Shown in pieces: positions 48,079-58,050 of a stretch of DNA of 64,000 nt. Every line of letters begins with the position of its first letter. Positions within the stretch are counted from its first letter, which is position 1. The stretch is from an uncultured Gemmatimonadales bacterium (GTDB lineage: Bacteria; Gemmatimonadota; Gemmatimonadetes; Gemmatimonadales; GWC2-71-9): positions 768,001 through 832,000 of the forward strand of contig CAWCFX010000006.1 of NCBI GenBank assembly GCA_963795085.1, read 5' to 3'. The notes beneath the pieces were generated by a model. The model did no database searches, was not told the DNA's origin, and saw nothing but the letters and a program-made list of their open reading frames with translations. Both the position numbers and the translations under genes were made by a program.

Positions 48079-49656
48079 TCACGGCTTCTCCACCATGGCT
48101 CCGTTTCGCATCACAAAGTCGATCGCGGTCGTGTTCCGGATGTCCGCCAGCGGGTCTTTGGTCAGCACCACCAGGTCCGCCCGCATACCTGGGGCGATCA
48201 TCCCCGCTTCTGATTCAATGCCAATGCCACGAGCGGCGTTTCGGGTGGCCGCCAGGATGGCCTCGTGCGGGGTGAGGCCGGCCAGCCGCACCAGGAGCTC
48301 CAGTTCGCGGTGCAGGTTCGGCAGGGTACCCGGGGGCGCGGGCGGACCTCCATCGATCCCAATGATCCCGTCGGTGCCCGCGACCAGGGTAATCCCGCGC
48401 CGGTGCAGCTCCCGGGTCAGCAACCCGGCCCAGCGGGTGGGTGGCGAGGTGCTGTCCCGGTTGGCGAACACGAAGAGGGTAGGTTCCACGATCGTGGCCT
48501 TCGCCGCCATGGCGTCCAGCAGCCGGCGCAGGGCGGGGTCGGTCATTGCAATGCTGTCATACTTCGCCCGGTAGCGCTCCAGGTAAGTCGCGGACGAAGT
48601 ATCCGCCTCCCGCGCCAGCAGCGGAGCATGGGACAGCACGTCCACCCCGGCGGCCACCATGTCCCGCGGGCGGGCTGGAATCGGGGCGGCGTGCGCCCAC
48701 ACCTTGAGACCCTGCCGATGGGCCTCCGCCACCAGCGGCGCCATCACCTCCGCGCCCACGGCCGCATACACCTTGATCCCGGTAGCCCCGGTGCCTCGGG
48801 CCTCCGCCATCACCTGCCGCCAGTCGGACTCCGCCGTCACCGCCCGCGCCCACGGCGCCGCGCCGGGTTTCTCGCCCCGGCTGGAGGAGAGCACCCGGGG
48901 ATCGGCAAAGAACTCGGGCCCGGCGAGGATCGCCGAGTAGTAGATGTAGGGGGAGACGATATCGCCGACCCGGGCGGCGCGGGCCAGGTCGGCCAGCGCC
49001 CGGGCGTCGCCTGCCATGTCGCGCACCGACGTCACCCCGCCCTGGAGCGCCATCCGGAGCCGGTCCTCCACCAGCCGCCTGGCGTCTCCGCCGCTCGGGT
49101 CGGTGGCCAGGTGGACATGAGTGTCGATCAAGCCGGGAATCAGGTAGCGGCCGGGCAGGCCGCGGCCCGTCGTGCCGGGTGGCAACGGCCGGCTCCCGTC
49201 GGCGAACAGGTCCACAATCTTCCCATCGGCGATCACCACGGTCATGCCGCTTCGGGGCGGCGAGCCGGTGCCGTCGATCAGTGTGACGCCGGTAAACGCC
49301 ATCCGGCCCGCTGCCTCCGCCATCCAGGGCCGGCCCGGGATCGCGCCCCGACGGCCGGGACAGGAATCGGTGACCAGGGTAAAGGTCAGCGCGGTATCGC
49401 TCCGCTGCCAGAGGTACCGGCCGGCGGAGGCCGGGGTACAGGCGATGGCGCCGGAGAGGTCCTGGAAGGTGATGGTGTCGGCCGACAGGCGGTATTCGCC
49501 GGTGACCGCCAGCTGCCCCCCACGGCTGATGCGGTACCCCGCGGAATCGAATTCCAGAGTGATGGGACCGGCGGTGTATGATCCGGGTAGGCGGGACTGG
49601 GCCTGCAGAGAGAACGCGGCCAGGCCCGCAAGGCCGGCCAGCAGAATTGCACGCAT
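48079..49656 (-). CDS. Secreted amidohydrolase family protein
   Basis: PGLIDTHVH, GVTSVRD, AGTD, AT.NAA, G..ADLVVL..DP. Confidence 0.9.
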   Translation of the reverse strand: MRAILLAGLAGLAAFSLQAQSRLPGSYTAGPITLEFDSAGYRISRGGQLAVTGEYRLSADTITFQDLSGAIACTPASAGRYLWQRSDTALTFTLVTDSCPGRRGAIPGRPWMAEAAGRMAFTGVTLIDGTGSPPRSGMTVVIADGKIVDLFADGSRPLPPGTTGRGLPGRYLIPGLIDTHVHLATDPSGGDARRLVEDRLRMALQGGVTSVRDMAGDARALADLARAARVGDIVSPYIYYSAILAGPEFFADPRVLSSSRGEKPGAAPWARAVTAESDWRQVMAEARGTGATGIKVYAAVGAEVMAPLVAEAHRQGLKVWAHAAPIPARPRDMVAAGVDVLSHAPLLAREADTSSATYLERYRAKYDSIAMTDPALRRLLDAMAAKATIVEPTLFVFANRDSTSPPTRWAGLLTRELHRRGITLVAGTDGIIGIDGGPPAPPGTLPNLHRELELLVRLAGLTPHEAILAATRNAARGIGIESEAGMIAPGMRADLVVLTKDPLADIRNTTAIDFVMRNGAMVEKP

Positions 49657-49687
49657 AGGCTCCCGCCGAAAGAGAAGAAATCCAGCC

Positions 49688-49767
49688 AATACCCGGCACC
49701 CAAAATACCCGGCACCCAGTACCGGTGCTGAGGTACGGGGTGCCAGGTGTAGTGTACTGGGCTACTG
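49688..49767. repeat. Degenerate tandem/inverted repeat (ATACCCGGCACCC / GGTGC)
   Basis: Two direct copies followed by loosely complementary sequence. Confidence 0.6.
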
Positions 49768-49782
49768 AATGCCTGCTGCCAG

Positions 49783-50076
49783 TTAGACCAGGGTCGTCGC
49801 GGCGAGCTCGAAGTTCTCGACGCGCGGGGTGCCCTCGATCACGCCGTCCAGCTTCTTGAGGACTTCCGGATAGGTAGACGCCTGATACTGCTCGGCGCTG
49901 CTACGGTCCTGCCACACGCTCAGTCCGATCGCTGAGTTGTCGTGGAACATCGCGAGCTCATGCTTGAAACCGGGCTGCTTTTTCATCACGGGCAGCACGT
50001 CGTTCTGCAGTACCCGGGTAAACTCCCGGCTCATGCCGGGCTTGATCTGGAAGGTCACGTTGCGAATATGGTTCAC
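49783..50076 (-). CDS. ABM-like dimeric alpha/beta barrel protein
   Basis: IKPG..EF, KQPGF, SVW.DR.SAE.Y; AGGAG RBS. Confidence 0.75.
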   Translation of the reverse strand: MNHIRNVTFQIKPGMSREFTRVLQNDVLPVMKKQPGFKHELAMFHDNSAIGLSVWQDRSSAEQYQASTYPEVLKKLDGVIEGTPRVENFELAATTLV

Positions 50077-50365
50077 GAAATATCCAATCTCCTCGCGGGC
50101 ATCACCACCGTTCTCCGCTCCGCAGCGAGGCTCATCGCGGGTAGGCGGGGATTCCTCATACCGGTATGCACGGGAATCTCTTTCGGGGGGATCCTGAGAC
50201 TCGGTCCGGGTTTACCCGGGAGTCCCTGTTCTTCAACTGCTCTCAAGGTAACATATAACTCATTAAATGTCAATGGGTTACAAACCTACGTCTCAGGTCA
50301 ATCTGGTACGCCGCCTGTGTAGTTGCAACTCGCCATTTGGCGCTTACACTCCGGGATGCACCCCC

Positions 50366-50893
50366 TTAGTCGCAGGAGGGCCGTTCCCAGTCCCCGTTGG
50401 CCGAGACGCGGAGCATGCCGCTCAAGGTCCGGGGTTCGCCGCCGACCTGAACGATATCCGCGATGAGCCACAGTTCCCCCTCGTTCGCGAGCCAGACCAG
50501 CCGGGGTCGAGACGGGCTGGCGGAGGCCAAGTCAATGTTGGCGTACCACAGGGGCGGGGGCTGATAGGACCCGTTGGTCCAGGAGGCCTGGACGGTGGTG
50601 TCGCCGGAGGCCACCCGCAGCAGGGTCACCGACGCGATCTGCCGGCTGACACTCGAGGTGATGGCAACGCCGAGCACCCGGGAGTCGGTTGCCGTCTGCC
50701 CCCGCGATTCTGACAGGGTCACGACCGCCGTCGGGACCTCGGTCAGCCCGGGACGGCTGTCGCGCAAGACTGTTTTGAGGTCCAGGTAGCGTAGTTCGTA
50801 GTTGCAGCGGCCGATGCCCAGAATACAGGCGGGCTGCAGCGCCAGGGCGAGGCTCAGTCCAGCCTGGGTAAGGATCCTGAAAGGCAGCGACAT
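50366..50893 (-). CDS. Hypothetical lipoprotein
   Basis: Hydrophobic N-terminus ending QPAC; terminal Cys. Confidence 0.55.
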   Translation of the reverse strand: MSLPFRILTQAGLSLALALQPACILGIGRCNYELRYLDLKTVLRDSRPGLTEVPTAVVTLSESRGQTATDSRVLGVAITSSVSRQIASVTLLRVASGDTTVQASWTNGSYQPPPLWYANIDLASASPSRPRLVWLANEGELWLIADIVQVGGEPRTLSGMLRVSANGDWERPSCD

Positions 50894-51029
50894 GCCTGAT
50901 ACTGGGGAGCACCCGTGGCTTATCCGTCCCCTGGCGGCGGGGATGGTCCGGGGTCAGCGAGTGACTGGTATCACCGTGTCGCGGCGGCAAACGTGGCAGG
51001 ATAGGGGACCAACTCGAACGGAGGGTTTC

Positions 51030-51464
51030 ATGAAGGCTTCAGAACTGATGACCAGGGATCCCGCCTGCTGTACTCCCGAAGATTCCATCCAGCGAGCGGC
51101 AGAACTGATGAAAGATTGCGATTGCGGATGCATTCCCGTGGTGGAGAGCACGAACAGCAAGAAGCTGTCCGGCGTGGTGACCGACCGTGACCTGGCGGTG
51201 CGGGCGCTGGCCCAGGGCAAGGGCCCGGAGACGAAGGTCAGGGACGTCATGACCCGCGAGGTCAGTTGCTGCACCCCGGACGATGATGTCGCCGCCGTGG
51301 AGCAGATCATGACGCGGGAGCAGGTCCGCCGGGTGCCGGTGGTGGATACCGCGGGGAACTGCTGTGGGATGATCTCGCAGGCCGACCTGGCGCTCAACAA
51401 CCGGGCCGCCAGCGATAAGGATGTGGGCCGGGTGGTGGAGAGGATCTCGGAGCCCGTGGGGTAA
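51030..51464 (+). CDS. CBS-pair domain protein
   Basis: ELMT, IPVV, GVVTDRD, VRRVPVV, GMISQAD; GGAGG RBS. Confidence 0.92.
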   Translation: MKASELMTRDPACCTPEDSIQRAAELMKDCDCGCIPVVESTNSKKLSGVVTDRDLAVRALAQGKGPETKVRDVMTREVSCCTPDDDVAAVEQIMTREQVRRVPVVDTAGNCCGMISQADLALNNRAASDKDVGRVVERISEPVG

Positions 51465-51609
51465 GGCGGGCAGCAGAAGACAAGCCGCCGAGGTCGCTGG
51501 GAACGCCCCGAGTCGTTGACGCCGGGGATATCCGGCGAGGCTCGGCGGTCTTTGCGTCCCTCCAGCGAACCTCTCCCGTCAAAGCCCTCCCCCGTCGCCC
51601 GCTTGCCCC

Positions 51610-54321
51610 TCAGTCCCTTCCCACCGTGCGTAGCCGGTCGAGGATCGCGCCCAGCCGCCGGATCTCTTCTCCGTAGCGGGCCCAGTCCCCGTCCCGCTGG
51701 GCCCGGAGCGCCGCATCGTAGGCGCGCTGGGCATCGGCCAGCAGGGGAACCGCATCCGCGGCGGCGGGTGAGGTCTGATCGGCTGTGGCCGGCGCCGCCA
51801 CCCGGGACGGCCCGCTGCCTCCACCGAAGAGCTGGGTCAGCGCCGCGTCCAGGGTCTCGCCCATGACGACCTGGTTCTGGTAGGCGACCACCACCCGCTT
51901 GAGCTCGGGGATCTTGCCCCCTTCGGCCTGGAGATAGAGCGGCTGCACGTAGAGCAGCGACTCATTGATCGGGATCACCAGCAGGTCGCCCCGGATCACC
52001 GAGGATCCCCGCTGGTCCCAGAGCGAGACCTGCCGGGAGATCTCGGTGTCCTGGTTGATCCGGTTCTCGATCTGCTGGGGCCCGAAGACCAGGCTCTGCC
52101 GGCTCAGGCGGTACACCCGGAGCTTGCCGTAGTGTTCCCCATCGTTCCGGGCCACCACCCAGGCCGCCAGGTTGTCCTTGCCCCTCGGCGTGAACGGCAC
52201 CATGTAAATGAACTCCGCCTGCTCTTCGTCCGGCAGCCGCATCACGATGTGCCGCATGAAGGGCACCGCCCCGTTGGCCTCCGCCACCATGGGGATCTGC
52301 CACTGGTCCTCCCGGTGATAGAAATCTTCCGGGGCCTCCATGTGGTAGGTGGTGTAGAGGCTGGTCTGGACCCGGTAGAGATCATCGGGATAGCGGATGT
52401 GGGCCCGCAGGTCCGCCGGCATGCTGTCCAGCGGGACGAAGATGCCGGGGAAGATCTTCTCCCAGGTCCGGATCAGGGGGTCGGCCGGTTCCGCGACGTA
52501 CGCGGTCACCGAGCCATCGTAGGCGTCGATCACCACCTTCACGCTGTTCCGCATGTAGGTGGTGCCATCGTCGGTCCGCTGGGCATAGGGATACCCGTCG
52601 GTCGCGGTATAGGCATCGAGCAACCACTTGAGGGTACCCGCCTCGGTGATGACCATGTAGGGGTCGCGGTCGAAGCGGAGGAACGACAGGGCCTTCTTCG
52701 CCCGTTCCACGATGTCGCGGTAGTAGAGAGCCCGGCTCTCGTTGGTGATGTCCTGGGAGAAGAAGATCTTGGATGACCCGAAGCGGATCGCCAGCGCCAG
52801 CCGGCGCACCAGGTTGCCCACCTGCACGCCGCCGCTGCCCTCATAGGCGGCATAGATGTTCTCTTCCCCTGAGGGGTGGTCGAACTCCCGCTGCCGGGTC
52901 CCCACGAAGACGAAGTCGTTGGCCAGTTCGCCGTAGTAGATCTGCGGCCGGGTGATCGTGAGGGATCCCACATTGGACGCCGGCGGCAGGTCCTGCACGA
53001 AGAGCACCGGCAGGCCCTCGGTGGTGACCTGGTTGACCGGCCCCAGGGTAAGGCCCATGCCATGGGTGAAGGTCAGGTGCTCGTTGATGAAGGTCCGGGT
53101 AGGGAGCGACCCGGCGTTCAGCTCCCGGGGGGAGAGCAGCACCTGGCGATACTTGCCGTCGATCCAGTAGCGGTCGTCGTCAATCGAGACGAAGTCGTAG
53201 TAGGTCCGGATCTCCTGCAGCTGGCCGAAGGTCAGGAGCAGCGGGTCCCGGTCCCAGAGCCGGACGTTCTCGATGGTGGGCGCGTTGGCCTTGATGTCGG
53301 CCAGGGTGAGGTTGGCCTCGCCGTCCAGTTCCCGGACCTCGACGCTGTCGATCCCCCAGGCCTGGCGGGTGGCGGCGATGTGATGCACCAGGTAGGGCTT
53401 CTCCCGGGTCAGTTCGGTCGGCGCCACGATCAGCTTCTGCATCGCCATGGGGAAGAGCACCCGTCCCACCAGGGCAATCACGACGTAGCCCCCGATCGCC
53501 CAGAGGCCAAGCGAGGGCAGCTTCCTCTGCTGCGCCGCGACCACCACCAGGATGGCGGCGAGCCCGGCGAGCACCGCCGTGACCCGGAGCGCCGGAAGCC
53601 GGGCATGCATGTCGGTATAGCTGGCGCCGACCAGCGGCCCGGTGGTGGAGTACAGCAGGCTGGGGACATCAATGAACCAGAGCCGGACCGCGGTCAGCAC
53701 CAGCAGCAGGGCCACCAGGATGGCCATGTGCAGGCCCGCCGAGGGCTCGAGGCGCACCTTGTTGGCCTGGAGCATGATGTCGCCGCGGAGGAGATAGATC
53801 GGGATCAGCATCACCAGCGAGAGCCCCAGGATCGCGGTGAGGAAGCCGCGGAACACGGCCAGGGCCGGCAGGGTGAAGACATAGAACCCGATGTCTTTAC
53901 CAAAGACCGGGTCGGTGATGTTGAAGGAGGTGCCGTGAATGGCCTGGAGGGTGAGTTCCCAGACTGAGGTCGCGGCAAACCCGATGAAGAGCCCGAACCC
54001 GATGGCGGCCGGAAGGGTGAGCCGACGGAGAATGCCGCTTACGTCCACCCGCGGAATTTCCTTACCGTGGGTGAACACGATGGGATTGAAGCTGAGTCCC
54101 CGCTGGGCGATCCGGAGGTTGAGGTAGATCACCAGGGCCGCAAAGATGCCGACGCCGAGGAAGAGGAAGAACTGGGTCGAGATCTGGCGCGTAAAGACGA
54201 CCTCGAAGCCGATCTCCTTGAACCACCACCAGTCGGTAAGCGTCGTGACCGAGGCCGGGAAGAGCAGCACGGCTCCGACGACAAGGACAGCGAGGGACAC
54301 GAAGAAACGACGGCGGTTCAC
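51610..54321 (-). CDS. UPF0182 family membrane protein
   Basis: TDWWWF, DPVFGKDIGFYVF.LP, NVRLWD, QLQEIR.YY, RNSVK, QPLY. Start GTG at 54321 with GGAGG. Confidence 0.93.
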   Translation of the reverse strand: MNRRRFFVSLAVLVVGAVLLFPASVTTLTDWWWFKEIGFEVVFTRQISTQFFLFLGVGIFAALVIYLNLRIAQRGLSFNPIVFTHGKEIPRVDVSGILRRLTLPAAIGFGLFIGFAATSVWELTLQAIHGTSFNITDPVFGKDIGFYVFTLPALAVFRGFLTAILGLSLVMLIPIYLLRGDIMLQANKVRLEPSAGLHMAILVALLLVLTAVRLWFIDVPSLLYSTTGPLVGASYTDMHARLPALRVTAVLAGLAAILVVVAAQQRKLPSLGLWAIGGYVVIALVGRVLFPMAMQKLIVAPTELTREKPYLVHHIAATRQAWGIDSVEVRELDGEANLTLADIKANAPTIENVRLWDRDPLLLTFGQLQEIRTYYDFVSIDDDRYWIDGKYRQVLLSPRELNAGSLPTRTFINEHLTFTHGMGLTLGPVNQVTTEGLPVLFVQDLPPASNVGSLTITRPQIYYGELANDFVFVGTRQREFDHPSGEENIYAAYEGSGGVQVGNLVRRLALAIRFGSSKIFFSQDITNESRALYYRDIVERAKKALSFLRFDRDPYMVITEAGTLKWLLDAYTATDGYPYAQRTDDGTTYMRNSVKVVIDAYDGSVTAYVAEPADPLIRTWEKIFPGIFVPLDSMPADLRAHIRYPDDLYRVQTSLYTTYHMEAPEDFYHREDQWQIPMVAEANGAVPFMRHIVMRLPDEEQAEFIYMVPFTPRGKDNLAAWVVARNDGEHYGKLRVYRLSRQSLVFGPQQIENRINQDTEISRQVSLWDQRGSSVIRGDLLVIPINESLLYVQPLYLQAEGGKIPELKRVVVAYQNQVVMGETLDAALTQLFGGGSGPSRVAAPATADQTSPAAADAVPLLADAQRAYDAALRAQRDGDWARYGEEIRRLGAILDRLRTVGRD

Positions 54322-54388
54322 GGCAACCTCCGGGGGCGTCGGCGATGGGAGCGGAACATCGGAACATAACCCGGTGGTGCAGGGGGTG

Positions 54389-54539
54389 CAGTGGGTCAGT
54401 GGGACAGTGGGACAGTGGGACAGTGGGACAGTGGGACAGTGGGTCAGTGGGTCAGTGGGACAGTGGGACAGTGGGTCAGTGGGACAGTGGGTCAGTGGGG
54501 CAAGTGGGACAGTGGGACAGTGGGTCAGTGGGGCAGTGG
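54389..54539. repeat. Octamer tandem repeat (CAGTGGGA/T)n
   Basis: Same unit as the tract at 7715-7809. Confidence 0.95.
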
Positions 54540-54617
54540 CACGGCTGACCCCTTTGCCGTTACCCCCCTTATACTTCACTAGCCCTTCAGAGCCCCCCTT
54601 TCAGGAGCGAGGATTCC

Positions 54618-54899
54618 ATGGCCACCGCAACCCGGAAGAAGACGACCCGCAAGAGCACGCGCAAGACGCCCGCCCGCGCGGCGAAACCCGCGAAGCCCAC
54701 CGCCAAGGCGAGACTGGCCAAGGCCGCCAAGTCGCTGGAACTGGCTGCGGCCAACTACGCGAAACGCGCGAGCGAGGCCGGCGTCGCGGCTGGGCGCGCG
54801 GTGAAGAAGGCCAGCAAGACGAAGACGGCGAAGATCCTGGGCGCGGCGGCCCTGGCGGCCGCGGGGTATGCGGCGTCGCGGGTGATTCGAGGCAAGTAA
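54618..54899 (+). CDS. Small K/A/R-rich protein with C-terminal hydrophobic helix
   Basis: 93 aa with RBS; paralog at 55531. Confidence 0.75.
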   Translation: MATATRKKTTRKSTRKTPARAAKPAKPTAKARLAKAAKSLELAAANYAKRASEAGVAAGRAVKKASKTKTAKILGAAALAAAGYAASRVIRGK

Positions 54900-54980
54900 T
54901 GGTCTGATAGCCTGGCCCCCTCACCCAGGCCCACTTCATGCCTGAGAGGGGGTTGTCTTCTCTTCCCCGGCTAGTCGACC

Positions 54981-55125
54981 GTGAGAGCCCCAATGATCGC
55001 CGATCGTCGTTGCCCTGCTCACCGGCGTGGCGGTGGGCATCGGGATTTTCACCTTCGGCTATGCCCGGGGTGCCTCCTATCTCACCACGGATCCCGCCGC
55101 CTGCGCCAACTGCCACGTCATGCAC
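54981..55125 (+). pseudogene. nrfH: N-terminal fragment of cytochrome c nitrite reductase small subunit
   Basis: GIFTFGYARGASYLTTDPAACANCHVM; frameshift near 55000 and truncation after the first heme motif. Confidence 0.8.
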
Positions 55126-55126
55126 C

Positions 55127-55420
55127 TCACCCAGCTCCGCCCGAAGCGACGCCACCGCCTCGGAGCCCAGGTGGACGGTATCGGGCCTGGGGAGATGGAT
55201 CCCATCCAGGCGGCGGCCGGTCTCCGACTGGATGACGAACTGGTGGAGATCGGTCTGCCGGGGCGATCTGTTCCCGGGCGTACGCCTCGACGCCGTCGCC
55301 CAGCGCGATCACGGCGACCAAGGCAGCCGTGCCGATGACCACGCCGAGGGTGGAAAGGAAGGTGCGAAGCGGGTGGGTGGCGAGGGCACTGAGTCCGATG
55401 GAGAGCGCGTGTCGAATCAT
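55127..55420 (-). pseudogene. N-terminal fragment of a MacB/FtsX-like ABC permease
   Basis: ALATHPLRTFLSTLGVVIGTAALVAVIALGDG, then frameshift and truncation. Confidence 0.8.
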
Positions 55421-55530
55421 TCCGGCACAACGTCGGAACATTCCAAAGTGTTTCACATGGCAACGACCATGATTAGTGTTAATTTACGTGTGAGAGGTCA
55501 ACTCAGAACCCAGACCAATGGAGGACAACG

Positions 55531-55815
55531 ATGGCAGGACGATCCCTGAAAAAGACTATCCGCACCGTGCGCAAGAGCATGCCCAGCAGGAAGGCCATGG
55601 TGTCGGCGACCCGGCAGACCGGGGCCCGGCTCAAGAAGGCCGCGATATCTCTCGAAAAAGCAGCCGCCAACTACGCCAGGCAGGCCAAGGCCGCCGGCGT
55701 GACAGCGGGCAAGACGGCGAAGAAGGTGAGCAAGACCCGCTCCGCGCAGGTGCTCGCCGCGGCGGCGCTGGCGGCGGCCGGGTATGTGGCGGTGAGGAAA
55801 GCCAGGAAGCGTTAA
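55531..55815 (+). CDS. Small K/A/R-rich protein, paralog of 54618-54899
   Basis: Shared SLE.AAANYA...AG...KK.SKT..A..L.AAALAAAGY; GGAGG RBS. Confidence 0.75.
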   Translation: MAGRSLKKTIRTVRKSMPSRKAMVSATRQTGARLKKAAISLEKAAANYARQAKAAGVTAGKTAKKVSKTRSAQVLAAAALAAAGYVAVRKARKR

Positions 55816-55818
55816 GCC

Positions 55819-56650
55819 TCAGCGAAGGACGATTCGCTCCAGCGATTCCGTCAGGATCCTGGCCGTCGGCATCGACCGCTGCGCCTCCCTCGTCGCGCGG
55901 TCGTTCGCCGCACCGGACAGGTGAAACCCCGCCACCTGCCTCGGCTTGATCCACCGCTCGATCACCCGCCGGCCCTCGGCACTGCTCAGCATCCAGGACG
56001 GCAGCAGGGCCACGTCAACCCGGGCGGTGTCCAGCCGGAACGGCGCAAAGGCCTCCTCCGATACGTCGGTATCGTCCGACGTGGAGGATCCGCCGGCCCC
56101 CGATGGTGACCAGGAAACCGAGGTGTTCCACCACGGTGCGGTGACGGGCGCCGCCGTGCGGCAGACCGAGCAGCTCGACCTGGATCCCGTTGACGACCTC
56201 CGTCCGTCGCGCCCCTATCGGCGTCGTCCGGGCCCGGATTCGCGCGGCGAGTCCCGGGTCGCGGGGCAGGCGACCGCGCAGGGAATCAATGACCTGCGTC
56301 GAGGTGACCAGGGTGGCGCGGGGATTGGCGAGCAGGTGGGGAGCCACCGACCTGGGATGGAAGTGGTCGCCGTGCCGGTGGGTGACCAGGACCAGGTCAA
56401 CCGCATCGAAGGGCGCCCGCGCGGCCTCCAGGCTGGCGAGGGTGGAGTCGGCGGGATCGGCGTACTCCGGGCCGTAGTCACGAAAGAGTCCGTCGATCAG
56501 GACCTTTCGCGATCCGTCGGAGAGCATCACGCCTTCGTTGGCGATGAAGGTGATGGTGACGTCACTTTCGCCGGGTGGATGGGCGGCTCCGAGCGGCAGC
56601 AGCATCGCCGCGGCGGTGAACAGAACGAAGCGGGCGGATCGTCGCGGCAT
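55819..56650 (-). pseudogene. MBL-fold metallo-hydrolase with a 1-nt frameshift near 56075
   Basis: THRHGDH. ILHVG continues as DTDVSEEAFAPFRLDTARVDVALLP in the next frame. Confidence 0.8.
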
Positions 56651-56773
56651 GTGAACCGGGGAAAGAGCGAGAGGCCTGGCAGACGTCATGACGGGACGCC
56701 CGGAGAGGTGGTTTCGCGTCACCCAGCCTGTTCTCTCCCGGCGTGGTCTACTCCCAGCCGCTCTACTCGTGGC

Positions 56774-56810
56774 CTCACCCCCAGCCCCTCTCCACTTCGT
56801 GGAGAGGGGT
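56774..56810. repeat. REP-like hairpin CCTCACCCC..CCCCTCTCC-N-GGAGAGGGG
   Basis: Related hairpins at about 61527-61568 and degenerate copies at about 38313-38346 and 54916-54952. Confidence 0.6.
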
Positions 56811-56840
56811 GCCTGTTCCGCCAGGGAACCAGGGATACGA

Positions 56841-56997
56841 CTACTCCCGCCCTCTTTACTCCCGCCCTCTTTCCTACCGCCCGTTTCTACCGCCCTCTTT
56901 TCTACCGCCCGTTTCTACCGCCCGTTTTCTCCCGCCCGTTTTCTCCCGCCCTGTTCCTACCGCCCTGTTCCTACCGCCCTGTTCCTACCGCCCTCTC
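56841..56997. repeat. Tandem repeat (TT(C)CTACCGCCC(TG))n
   Basis: Directly visible; same core as 62541-62735. Confidence 0.9.
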
Positions 56998-57006
56998 TTG
57001 CAAGTA

Positions 57007-57759
57007 TCAGGAAGGCCCGGTCTTCAGCTCCGCCACCTGGCCCTGCAGGCTCTGAATCAGCTCCTTCAGTTCTTCAACCCTCGCGTCCTTCTGCTGCTCC
57101 AGCGGCGAGAGGAACCAGCTGACCGCGACGCCGCTGAGGATGCCGAAGACGGCGACACCGGCGGCCATCACGGCCGCCCCGATCAGGCGCCCCTCGGGGG
57201 TCAACGGATAGACGTCCCCATACCCTACCGTGGACATGGTGGCGATCGCCCACCACATCGCGTCGTAGGCATCCTTGATGTTGGTGCCGGGACCCGATTC
57301 AAAGTGGAGGATGGCGATGCTGGACGCGGTGAGCAGGATCAGGCTTCCCAGCACCGCGGCCAGGAACGCGCTCTCGGTTCGGCGGCCCGACATGAACAGC
57401 GCGATGGTGCGCGCCGAGCGGAAGGCGCGGAGCACCCGAAGCACGCGGAAGATGCGCCCGAGCCGGCCATAGCGGAGCGGGCCGATGGCGGGGATGCTGG
57501 AGATCAGGTCCACCCATCCCCAGGTCAGCATGTACCGGCGCCGGTCGGGGGACCGTTTCAGCGTCACCAGGAAATCAATGAAGAAGATCCCGCAGGCCAC
57601 CGTGTCGGCATAGTGCAGGATGATCCGGGTATCCTCGCTCAGGTCGAAGAGCGGTCCGGCCCCGATGGCCAGGATCGCATATATGGAAAGGCTGAGGATG
57701 AAGATCTGGTACGGCGCGAAGCGGTGGTCCTTGGTTTCCGCCGGGGCGGGGTGCGACAT
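57007..57759 (-). CDS. Voltage-gated potassium channel (6TM, ion_trans family)
   Basis: S4 RLGRIFRVLRVLR; pore WWAIATMSTVGYGD. Confidence 0.93.
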   Translation of the reverse strand: MSHPAPAETKDHRFAPYQIFILSLSIYAILAIGAGPLFDLSEDTRIILHYADTVACGIFFIDFLVTLKRSPDRRRYMLTWGWVDLISSIPAIGPLRYGRLGRIFRVLRVLRAFRSARTIALFMSGRRTESAFLAAVLGSLILLTASSIAILHFESGPGTNIKDAYDAMWWAIATMSTVGYGDVYPLTPEGRLIGAAVMAAGVAVFGILSGVAVSWFLSPLEQQKDARVEELKELIQSLQGQVAELKTGPS

Positions 57760-57840
57760 GGGGGAAGCTCCGTAAGTGTATAGGGGGACCAAGGTAACGC
57801 TGCACCAGGCGGGGAGCGGTGAGGAGTGAACAGGGGCTAC

Positions 57841-57866
57841 TGTAATGCCCCGCCCTCCCATCCGTC
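57841..57866 (+). promoter_or_regulatory. Possible ECF-type promoter upstream of the ECF sigma gene
   Basis: TGTAAT-16 nt-CGTC. Confidence 0.35.
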
Positions 57867-58050
57867 TGCCTGTGTAGCCCGGCCGAGGGGCCGGGATTCA
57901 TTCAACCGGGAGGCAGCATGCTGGATCGTAACGCGATGGGTGGAGGCTCTTGCGGCTGTGGCGAGTGTGGCTGCGGCTGCGGCGACTGAACCGCCCACGG
58001 AACCCCGCCCGGCTGGACCGCCGGGCGCGGGTGCCGTATCGTTGGCACCC

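Noticed and set aside
55436..55454. LexA-box-like GAACA..TGTTTC
   Set aside because: Spacing does not match the LexA boxes I know, and it is a single imperfect instance
56743..57783. ORF with YSRP/FLPP repeats as a repetitive protein or RiPP precursor
   Set aside because: It is a translation of the TACCGCCC DNA repeat running antisense to the K+ channel
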